A DNA stretch of 64,000 nt from a virus (taxonomy: Duplodnaviria; Caudoviricetes): the IMG/VR virus record IMGVR_UViG_3300038412_000035, positions 3,628 to 67,627 of that record; one strand, given 5' to 3'. Shown here in pieces: positions 1-6,230 of this stretch. The first letter of the stretch is position 1, and every line of letters begins with the position of its first letter. The notes beneath the pieces were generated by a model. The model was not told the origin of the DNA and did not search any database. It saw only the letters and a list, made by a program, of their open reading frames with translations. The position numbers and the translations under genes were made by a program.

Positions 1-308
1 AATCAAGCTCAGCCTGCGCTAGCTTCTTGTATTCATTCTTTGTCTCTTCACAATCATCACACTTCCACTCAGACAGAGCATCCCGAACCATGTACCATGG
101 CGTTCTGTAGCAATTTGATTCCCCAGTTCGCTCAGAAACGGGGCATCCTTTGCACATGAGCATCTCACCAGTTATGTTTTCGACAAACATCTCGCAAAGA
201 GCGCAATCTTCTCCTTTTATTTTTGCATCATATGGCGTCTCAGCTGCCAAATTTTCCTCCCATTGTTTGATGCTTGTTTTGAGAGCAGTAAGCGTTTTTT
301 TCGTCCAT
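1..308 (-). pseudogene. Cys-rich early protein, paralogue of 383..709; frameshifted at a T7 run and truncated by the window edge
   Basis: ATG at 308 with AGGAGAGG SD. Removing one T from the run at 295-301 gives MDEKTLTALKTSIKQWEENLAAE..CALC..CKGCPV..C..TPWY..ELD, collinear with 383..709. The extra base may be a sequencing error rather than a real lesion. Confidence 0.7.
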
Positions 309-321
309 GGCAGCCTCTCCT

Positions 322-380
322 GGCCTCATCAGCATCCGCCTAACGGATGGACGGCGCACTCTCGCGCGCCGTTTCGGCCT
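322..380 (-). ncRNA. Type II hammerhead ribozyme HH1
   Basis: Minus strand: A-GGCC-GAAA-CGGCGCGC(GAGA)GUGCGCCG-UC / CAUCCG(UUAGG)CGGAUG-CUGAUGA-GGCC; predicted cleavage between 350 and 349. Confidence 0.93.
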
Positions 381-382
381 GC

Positions 383-709
383 TTAGGAAGGGAGAAGAGA
401 CTTGAGGAAATCAAGTTCCTGCTCTGCCCTCTTCTTATACTGCTTCTTTGTTTCATCATTCTTGTAATATTGCCAATTGCCAAGAGCCTTCCACACCTCA
501 TACCATGGTGTCCCGCTACAACTTGACATCCCAGTCTTTTTACTGACCGGGCAACCAACACAGTAGTCATCAATTGGGGAATCATAAAACAAAGTGCAAA
601 GAGGGCAAACATCACCTGATATGTTTGGTTGATCTGGGCTCTCAGCAGCGACATTCGCTTCCCAGTGCTGGATGCTCATCTTAAGAGCAATCAATGTCCT
701 TTCGTCCAT
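383..709 (-). CDS. Cys-rich (CPLC..CVGCP..C) early phage protein, probably Zn-binding
   Basis: Start refined to ATG 709 (SD AGGAGAGG just after HH2); 108 aa. Confidence 0.75.
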   Translation of the reverse strand: MDERTLIALKMSIQHWEANVAAESPDQPNISGDVCPLCTLFYDSPIDDYCVGCPVSKKTGMSSCSGTPWYEVWKALGNWQYYKNDETKKQYKKRAEQELDFLKSLLPS

Positions 710-722
710 GGCAGCCTCTCCT

Positions 723-778
723 GGCCTCATCAGTGCCCGCCTAACGGACAGACGGCGCTTAGCGCGCCGTTTCGGCCT
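723..778 (-). ncRNA. Type II hammerhead ribozyme HH2
   Basis: A-GGCC-GAAA-CGGCGC(GCUAA)GCGCCG-UC / UGUCCG(UUAGG)CGGGCA-CUGAUGA-GGCC; cleavage 751|750. Confidence 0.93.
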
Positions 779-965
779 TTTGTCTGTTGAATAGTTGGAT
801 TTCAATTTTCTCACCGCGCTTATCATGGATTTCAAATGCATCATTCAGAACTTGTTTGATCTTGTGATAGTTATCACTCTCAAATATCTCGCAGATGCTT
901 TTGGCGCCGTTCTCATCAAACAACCACACCACAAGAAGATAATTGAAGATTGGTTCTCTTGGCAT
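759..965 (-). CDS. Hypothetical early protein; C-terminus (KAETAR) encoded by HH2
   Basis: ORF track; GAGG SD; stop TAA lies in the loop of HH2 stem III. Confidence 0.65.
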   Translation of the reverse strand: MPREPIFNYLLVVWLFDENGAKSICEIFESDNYHKIKQVLNDAFEIHDKRGEKIEIQLFNRQKAETAR

Positions 966-974
966 AGCATAACC

Positions 975-1259
975 TCACTGTTTGATCTTGCTCTTGATAA
1001 ATTCCGCTACCTCATCGATCCTTCTGAAGTGAGTGATTGTTCCATTTAACATCCAATCACTGTCAGTTCGGCAAACGCACCATCCACAGTCAGGAGATTC
1101 AGAAGCGACGATGATCGCGAAGAAAGGCTTGCCGTCCTTTTGGACCCACATAGCCTCTGACTCTGCTCTTGGAGCTGTGAGTATGTTTGAAGTGACTCCA
1201 TCACAATCATTGAGATGGTGGCGGAGAATATCGAGGGCATAAATGTAGTTGAACGCCAT
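975..1259 (-). CDS. Hypothetical early protein
   Basis: Start refined to ATG 1259 (AGGAGA SD), MAFNYIY.. Confidence 0.7.
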   Translation of the reverse strand: MAFNYIYALDILRHHLNDCDGVTSNILTAPRAESEAMWVQKDGKPFFAIIVASESPDCGWCVCRTDSDWMLNGTITHFRRIDEVAEFIKSKIKQ

Positions 1260-1273
1260 TGTCTTTCTCCTGT

Positions 1274-1340
1274 TTGAGCCAATCAATCAGCTCAGATACA
1301 GGGCCGCATTCGTGCGGCCCTGCGCTCAACTGACTGAGCT
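1274..1340. other. Intergenic structured element (10-bp hairpin plus two flanking complementary pairs)
   Basis: CAGGGCCGCA-TTCG-TGCGGCCCTG at 1298-1322; AGCTCAG/CTGAGCT (1289-1295/1334-1340); TTGAGC/GCTCAA (1274-1279/1324-1329). Confidence 0.5.
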
Positions 1341-1552
1341 TAGTGGTTGGTTACTCTCTTCACCACCACCCTTTTCCTCATAACCTCCCAGTGGAGGTCT
1401 TTGTTTCTTCCACCTTTGCTGAGGAATTCAGCATACGTGATGCCAGGGTTACGAAGAATGATCTTCATCGAATTGAACCCTAGTGTACCTTCACGTCGTG
1501 GGTTGTGGTCGATACGAGGGAACAGAGCCTTCCCTTCAAAGCTACTCGTCAT
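1340..1552 (-). CDS. Small basic early protein (NPRREGT..GG..DL.W motif)
   Basis: Start refined to ATG 1552 (AGGAGA SD); the longer ORF-track call runs through HH3. Confidence 0.65.
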   Translation of the reverse strand: MTSSFEGKALFPRIDHNPRREGTLGFNSMKIILRNPGITYAEFLSKGGRNKDLHWEVMRKRVVVKRVTNH

Positions 1553-1633
1553 GGTACTCTCCTGTTTCTCTTCAGACAACCCCCACATTCGCCAGGTTGA
1601 TAGCCTGGGCTTTCCCACAGAATCAGCCACCAT

Positions 1634-1692
1634 GGCCTCATCAGCATCCGCATAACGGATGGACGGCGCACTCTCGCGCGCCGTTTCGGCCT
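1634..1692 (-). ncRNA. Type II hammerhead ribozyme HH3
   Basis: 59/60 nt identical to HH1; loop I is UUAUG; cleavage 1662|1661. Confidence 0.93.
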
Positions 1693-1700
1693 TCAATCAT

Positions 1701-2132
1701 TCAATCATTCAATGTTTCTGTGATCTTCTCCGCTTCCTCCGCGATACGCTTTAGGTCGCTGATGCGCTTCTTTATAGCATCAGCATTCCATTGCACCCCA
1801 ACGTGATCATGGTTCACTGCTTCATTGAGCTTTCGAGCGAGCAGCACCCGCTTCTCTTTTTCGCGCTTCATCCTCTTGATTCCATCAATATCGAAGTCCA
1901 GCCACGAGCGGCGATATTTGCTTGGTGATGAGCTGGTATCTTCTCCGTTGATGAATGTTAGCTCGTGGCCGGAAATATCCTGTTTGATCACGATGCTACG
2001 GCAAGTTGGCGAAACAGACTTGACTGTTGCGGCGTAATAGCTGTTATCCCAGCTACCAGGTCTGACCACGAAGACTTCTTGCCCGACGATGGGCCTTTCG
2101 CCCTTCTTCAGGATATCAGAGAGCGTCGTCAT
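1701..2132 (-). CDS. Hypothetical early protein
   Basis: Start ATG 2132 with GGAGG SD. Confidence 0.75.
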   Translation of the reverse strand: MTTLSDILKKGERPIVGQEVFVVRPGSWDNSYYAATVKSVSPTCRSIVIKQDISGHELTFINGEDTSSSPSKYRRSWLDFDIDGIKRMKREKEKRVLLARKLNEAVNHDHVGVQWNADAIKKRISDLKRIAEEAEKITETLND

Positions 2133-2158
2133 ATCTTCCTCCAATCAATCAGCAATCT

Positions 2159-2219
2159 GGCCTCATCAGTGTCCGCCTAACGGACAGACGACGCGCGCGA
2201 GCGCGCGCCGTTTCGGCCT
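2159..2219 (-). ncRNA. Type II hammerhead ribozyme HH4
   Basis: A-GGCC-GAAA-CGGCGCGC(GCUC)GCGCGUCG-UC / UGUCCG(UUAGG)CGGACA-CUGAUGA-GGCC; cleavage 2187|2186. Confidence 0.93.
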
Positions 2220-2704
2220 CAACTATACGCTCCAGGGAACTCAATTCCATCTGCCTCATCTCGCAATTGAGAGACATCTTCTATGAATTGCTGAATGTCG
2301 TCTATTTGGTTCTGTTTCTCTTCATTTTCGTCTTCGGTGGATCCATTGTCTTCGCTTGGTTGGTTGTTCTCGATCCACTCATTGGCAGTGTCGATCACGA
2401 TCTGGAGTGCTTCGACAGCATTGCTTCGCCGATCCGCGCGGGAAAGATTTTTGCGCTGGTTTTCTCGGAATGCTGCCTTTATGCTCTTGATTGCTTCTGG
2501 AACTTCAGGTTTATCCATACAATCAATGGTATTGGCGATCTCACTCAGAGTTTGCATACGCTGAGTGTGTTCGCGCAGCGTACCTTCGGCATTCTCAACC
2601 ACTTCTCTGATCTTATCACCCATATCAGTCATGGTTGAGAAAGCGTAATTAGTCATCTCTTCCAGCGTCATTTCCACAGGCACATTGGACTTTTTCGTCG
2701 CCAT
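2219..2704 (-). CDS. Acidic coiled-coil early protein
   Basis: Start ATG 2704 with AAGGAGA SD; stop TGA abuts HH4. Confidence 0.8.
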   Translation of the reverse strand: MATKKSNVPVEMTLEEMTNYAFSTMTDMGDKIREVVENAEGTLREHTQRMQTLSEIANTIDCMDKPEVPEAIKSIKAAFRENQRKNLSRADRRSNAVEALQIVIDTANEWIENNQPSEDNGSTEDENEEKQNQIDDIQQFIEDVSQLRDEADGIEFPGAYS

Positions 2705-2720
2705 TGTCTTTCTCCTTCTC

Positions 2721-2785
2721 GGCCTCATCAGCGCTCGCCTAACGAGCGGACGGAGCGCAGCGATTGCCGCGCGCCGTTTCGGCCT
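2721..2785 (-). ncRNA. Type II hammerhead ribozyme HH5
   Basis: A-GGCC-GAAA-CGG..extended stem III..CCG-UC / CGCUCG(UUAGG)CGAGCG-CUGAUGA-GGCC; cleavage 2749|2748. Confidence 0.92.
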
Positions 2786-3501
2786 CAGTTGAGCAACCCA
2801 GATACCTTTTGCCCCTCCGCTTCGCGGCGAAGCTTGACGTGATCGCCAGCCTTATGGCCGGCCGCCGATCCGTCTGTCCACTTCCCAATCCCGCCAACTT
2901 TCACAGCCTTCGTTTTGGGATAGGCTTCCATCGCAGCAGCCTCATTTTCGGCTGCTAGTTGTTTGAAGTATCCAACAGGAACCAGCGCCGCGCCTTTAGC
3001 GGATGGCGTCGTGATCTCTCTGATTGATTCCTGAGCTCGATGAAGAACGCGAACAGCACAGGCGACGCGGAATTTATCAACCCAAGCAGACCGATAGTTG
3101 CCTTTCAGGTGAGAGGGAACCAGTGGTTTGTAGAGAAGATTAATCTGCGCCATTATCCAAGCGAAGGTCTCTTCAGTGGCATCCAAATTGTCTGGACGGC
3201 CAATGAATTGGATGCCCTTCAGTCCTTTGCTGTGAAGAATAACCTGACAACCATACAACGCAGCCGCCGCCATAGCGGAATATATCTTCCACTGTATCAT
3301 GCGGTCTGTATTCATGTTGCCGACTTTCGCCTTTGGGCCTGACCCTGTGCCGATCTCATCTTGGTTGATCCCGTGGCGAGCCATCATAACAGCCGCCATC
3401 TGGAGCGCTGTATCGCGCTCGCTCTCTGTCGCTCCTGAGTCCTTGGACCCAACAGCCAGAAGTTTGCGGATCTTGTCATTGATTGTTTCTTGTTTGGTCA
3501 T
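2785..3501 (-). CDS. DUF2786-family protein
   Basis: N-terminal KIRKLLA...ERDTALQMAAVMMARHGI pattern typical of DUF2786; start ATG 3501 with GGAG SD. Confidence 0.75.
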   Translation of the reverse strand: MTKQETINDKIRKLLAVGSKDSGATESERDTALQMAAVMMARHGINQDEIGTGSGPKAKVGNMNTDRMIQWKIYSAMAAAALYGCQVILHSKGLKGIQFIGRPDNLDATEETFAWIMAQINLLYKPLVPSHLKGNYRSAWVDKFRVACAVRVLHRAQESIREITTPSAKGAALVPVGYFKQLAAENEAAAMEAYPKTKAVKVGGIGKWTDGSAAGHKAGDHVKLRREAEGQKVSGLLN

Positions 3502-3513
3502 CACTATCTCCAC

Positions 3514-3569
3514 AGCCTCATCAGTGCCCGCATAACGGACAGACGGCGCGCAGCGCGCCGTTTCGGCTT
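3514..3569 (-). ncRNA. Type II hammerhead ribozyme HH6
   Basis: A-AGCC-GAAA-CGGCGCG(CUG)CGCGCCG-UC / UGUCCG(UUAUG)CGGGCA-CUGAUGA-GGCU; compensatory AGCC/GGCU in stem II; cleavage 3542|3541. Confidence 0.93.
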
Positions 3570-3857
3570 TCAATCAAAGTAAGCGCACAGCGCACGGTCG
3601 TTGCCGTAGCTGATGTTGAAGTAATTCCCTTCCTGCTCAACTGAGGTTGTGTCCTCAGCCTTGAAGTTTAACATTTCCTTCATACGCATCCTGAATGGAA
3701 CGGTGTTTGGTTTAGCGTAGTCGCCACGGCATCCGCAGCGGCAAACACGATCCTTGCCGCGATAAACGGATTTGACCGAATTTGGATCGGCCTTCACTTG
3801 AGCTGCGAAGCGCTCAATGAAGGTGGTGATCTCTTCCTTGTTGGTTATTTCGGTCAT
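3570..3857 (-). CDS. Hypothetical early protein (CRCGC motif)
   Basis: ORF track, GAGGG SD. Confidence 0.75.
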   Translation of the reverse strand: MTEITNKEEITTFIERFAAQVKADPNSVKSVYRGKDRVCRCGCRGDYAKPNTVPFRMRMKEMLNFKAEDTTSVEQEGNYFNISYGNDRALCAYFD

Positions 3858-3876
3858 CTTTCCCTCGCTGGTTGGT

Positions 3877-3932
3877 GGCCTCTTCAGTGCTCGCCTAACG
3901 AGCAGACGGCGCTTAGCGCGCCGTTTCGGCCT
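3877..3932 (-). ncRNA. Type II hammerhead ribozyme HH7
   Basis: A-GGCC-GAAA-CGGCGC(GCUAA)GCGCCG-UC / UGCUCG(UUAGG)CGAGCA-CUGAAGA-GGCC; only the variable N7 position differs; cleavage 3905|3904. Confidence 0.92.
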
Positions 3933-4158
3933 TCAACCAGTGGCGATGATTCAGAGATTGGATGTTCTGTTTCCATCCGTAAGTGCTTTTGTCGTAAAAG
4001 ATACCGTGTGAAACAGTGTCGTAATAAACCGGCTCAACCACATCATCCATCAGGCGCGTAACGTTTGCGCCTGTCTTGTTAGCGCAGTCTTTGATCTTTC
4101 GGACAAGATCAATCAAATCCTGCTCACTAAGAAGCGGTGTGCTTATCTTTTTGGCCAT
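3913..4158 (-). CDS. First gene of the early operon; C-terminus (KAETAR) encoded by HH7
   Basis: Start ATG 4158 (GGAG SD), alternative start 4170. Confidence 0.65.
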   Translation of the reverse strand: MAKKISTPLLSEQDLIDLVRKIKDCANKTGANVTRLMDDVVEPVYYDTVSHGIFYDKSTYGWKQNIQSLNHRHWLKAETAR

Positions 4159-4209
4159 TTCACTCTCCATCGTTTCAACCAAGCGCCAAGTTTGATTGGA
4201 GTTTGGTTG

Positions 4210-4258
4210 AAACAACGAAAGCACCGCCTCGCTTTCGCGAGACGGCGCTTCGTTGTTT
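4210..4258 (-). promoter_or_regulatory. 22-bp RNA hairpin with GAAA tetraloop upstream of the early operon
   Basis: Arms AAACAACGAAGCGCCGUCUCGC / GCGAGGCGGUGCUUUCGUUGUUU; G-U wobbles pair only on the minus strand. Confidence 0.6.
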
Positions 4259-4259
4259 A

Positions 4260-4289
4260 TTTGGAGAAAGTTGCCCTTTTCGTCTGTAC
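4260..4289. repeat. 30-bp element, inverted copy of 63763..63792
   Basis: 27/30 identical to the reverse complement of 63763-63792. Confidence 0.8.
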
Positions 4290-4826
4290 GTGAGAGGTTC
4301 CGAACGTGTTTGCGTCGCCGCCTAGCGAGCGATCTAGCCTTTGGACGGCATCGAAAGCCTGCTTAGGGGTGGCGCCCCGTCGGGTTAGGTCTCGTTTTCA
4401 AACAGCGGGCGGGGATGAACCCCTAGGTGTGTCCTACTCCGAGGGAGCGCGATAACTCACCTGTACCCAGTGTAGCCTCGCGCGTGCGGAAAAGAAATTA
4501 AGCGAAAAAAGGGCGAAAAAACGAATAAAATCAACAGCCCAAATTTCGGCATCGGGCAAAAAAACGGCCCAGTTGCGCCAGTAAAATGCTTATTTTTCAA
4601 CGACTTATGGCACAAGATATTGGCTAATTGACCGATAACTATCAAGCATTTTCGCCCCAAAAAAAGGCGGTTTTTGGCCAATGCTGTTTCCCGGCCCTAG
4701 GACGGCCAAGGACGGCATTCTTGCCCTCTGTGGTATAAACCCTCACAGCGGTCCAAAACCTGCCGCCCTTGGCCGTCCCTGCATTTTACCACACATTTTC
4801 CGCAGGTCTGCCAGGACGCTTTCGGC

Positions 4827-5087
4827 GCTCGCCCTGCCTGGCTCGCCCTGCCCTGCCCTTGGAAAGTTTTTTGCGCCCCGCCCGCCCCGCCCCGCCCGCC
4901 CCGCCCCGCCCCGCCCCGCCCCGCCCCGCCCCGCCCGGCTCGCCCCGCCCCGCCCGCCCCGCCCCGCCCGGCTCGCCCCGCCCGGCCCCGCCCGCCCCGC
5001 CCGGCTCGCCCCGCCCCGCCCGGCTCGCCCCGCCCCGCCCCGCCCCGCCCGCCCCGCCCGGCTCGCCCCGCCCCGCCCGGCTCGCCC
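4827..5087. repeat. C-rich/G-rich degenerate tandem repeat (CGCCC, CCCGGCTCGCCC units)
   Basis: Directly visible; minus strand is G3/G4-run rich; related to 63798..63984. Confidence 0.9.
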
Positions 5088-5348
5088 ACTCATCCGTTAG
5101 TCGCGGCGTATATAGACGCGGCGCGATAAGCTCTAAACAATGAATGAGTGTCGATATTTCGGCCTTTTTCCGAAGATCCAACCTCACTTATCGATTTCAT
5201 TGCCGATGTTTCAATCAATTCACCAGCCAACCAAAGAAAAGAAAAAAGGAACCACAGTCGATAAAACACTTTCCTTTTTTATAATCTCGGAAGATTATCC
5301 GAAAGCTGGTTCCTCCCGGCTTCAACCAAGAGGATGGAGAAAACAAAT

Positions 5349-6170
5349 ATGGCAAAGAATGTTCCGGCGCAACAGGATACACCGAAGGGTGGTCCTGTTG
5401 TTTCATTTGACAATGAGTTCGAGGGTGTGGCTGGTGCTGGTTTCGAGAATGTCGGCGCAAATGACGTTCTTGTTCCTCGTCTAACCATACTTCAGGCTCT
5501 GTCCCCTCAACTGAAGCGAAACAAGCCAGAGTTCATCCCTGAAGCGAAGGCTGGCGACATGTGCGATGTCGCGTCAGGCAAACTCTTCCCTGATGGCCTT
5601 CTCTTCCTGCCTGTCAGCTACAACAAAGTGTATCTCGAATGGGCACCTCGCGAATCAAACAAGGGTTTGGTCGCGATCCACCAGACTGCCGAAATCCTCG
5701 AACAGTGCAAGCGCGACGACAAAAACCGCCCCTACACCAAGGAAGGTAATTTGGTGCAGGAGACAGCCCAATTCTTTGGGTTCAATCTCAGTGACAATGC
5801 CCAGCGGTGTTTCATCGCGATGGCAGCTACTCAACTGAAGCGCGCTCGCAAGTGGATGCATCTCGCGACCAGCGAGAAGCTCAGGCGCGCGGATGGTTCC
5901 ACATTCACTCCGCCATTCTTCTATCGCTCATACAAGCTGACTGCTGGGGAGGAATCAAACAACCAAGGCGACTGGTTCACCTGGCTGATCGAGCGCTCTC
6001 ATTCGCTGCCTGAAGTTCCGGCTGCTCTTGGTTGGAAGATTGATTGGCATTCGATCAAGAATGATGCAATCGAGTTTTCGAAGTCCATTGCTGCTGGGAC
6101 TGTCCGTGCTGACGTCGAAACTGGCAATGCTGGCCCAGAGGGCGGCCACGATACTGGGGAAGAGATGTAA
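5349..6170 (+). CDS. Conserved phage replication-module protein, putative ssDNA-binding protein
   Basis: PRLTILQALSPQ..GD..W motif and acidic C-tail, heading the replication operon; function inferred. Confidence 0.55.
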   Translation: MAKNVPAQQDTPKGGPVVSFDNEFEGVAGAGFENVGANDVLVPRLTILQALSPQLKRNKPEFIPEAKAGDMCDVASGKLFPDGLLFLPVSYNKVYLEWAPRESNKGLVAIHQTAEILEQCKRDDKNRPYTKEGNLVQETAQFFGFNLSDNAQRCFIAMAATQLKRARKWMHLATSEKLRRADGSTFTPPFFYRSYKLTAGEESNNQGDWFTWLIERSHSLPEVPAALGWKIDWHSIKNDAIEFSKSIAAGTVRADVETGNAGPEGGHDTGEEM

Positions 6171-6180
6171 CCAACCGATG

Positions 6181-6217
6181 GCGCTGCCGGTGGAAAATCC
6201 GGCAGTGCTCTTTCTTC
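6181..6217 (+). terminator. Intrinsic terminator candidate
   Basis: 10-bp stem GCGCTGCCGG/CCGGCAGTGC followed by TCTTTTCTT. Confidence 0.6.
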
Positions 6218-6230
6218 AGGAGATGGCGAG

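Noticed and set aside
341-388. Pseudoknot between loop I (UUAGG) and upstream CCUAA
   Set aside because: Present only for HH1, where CCUAA includes the upstream stop codon; the other six copies lack it.
340-3573. Recurrent KAETAR / AETARESAPSIR peptide in many ORF-track entries as a protein motif
   Set aside because: It is the translation of the ribozyme sequence. ORF-track starts at 844, 1696, 2728 and 3573 run through ribozymes, and the SD-supported starts are downstream.
322-3932. CRISPR array or integron attC interpretation of the recurring ~60-nt repeat
   Set aside because: Intervals are whole genes of 360-910 nt, no cas gene or integron integrase is present, and the conserved positions match the hammerhead core rather than CRISPR repeats or attC R/L boxes.
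4681-5187. Pro/Arg/Gly-rich ORFs in all frames
   Set aside because: They are stop-free only because of the GC repeat; no SD and low-complexity products.
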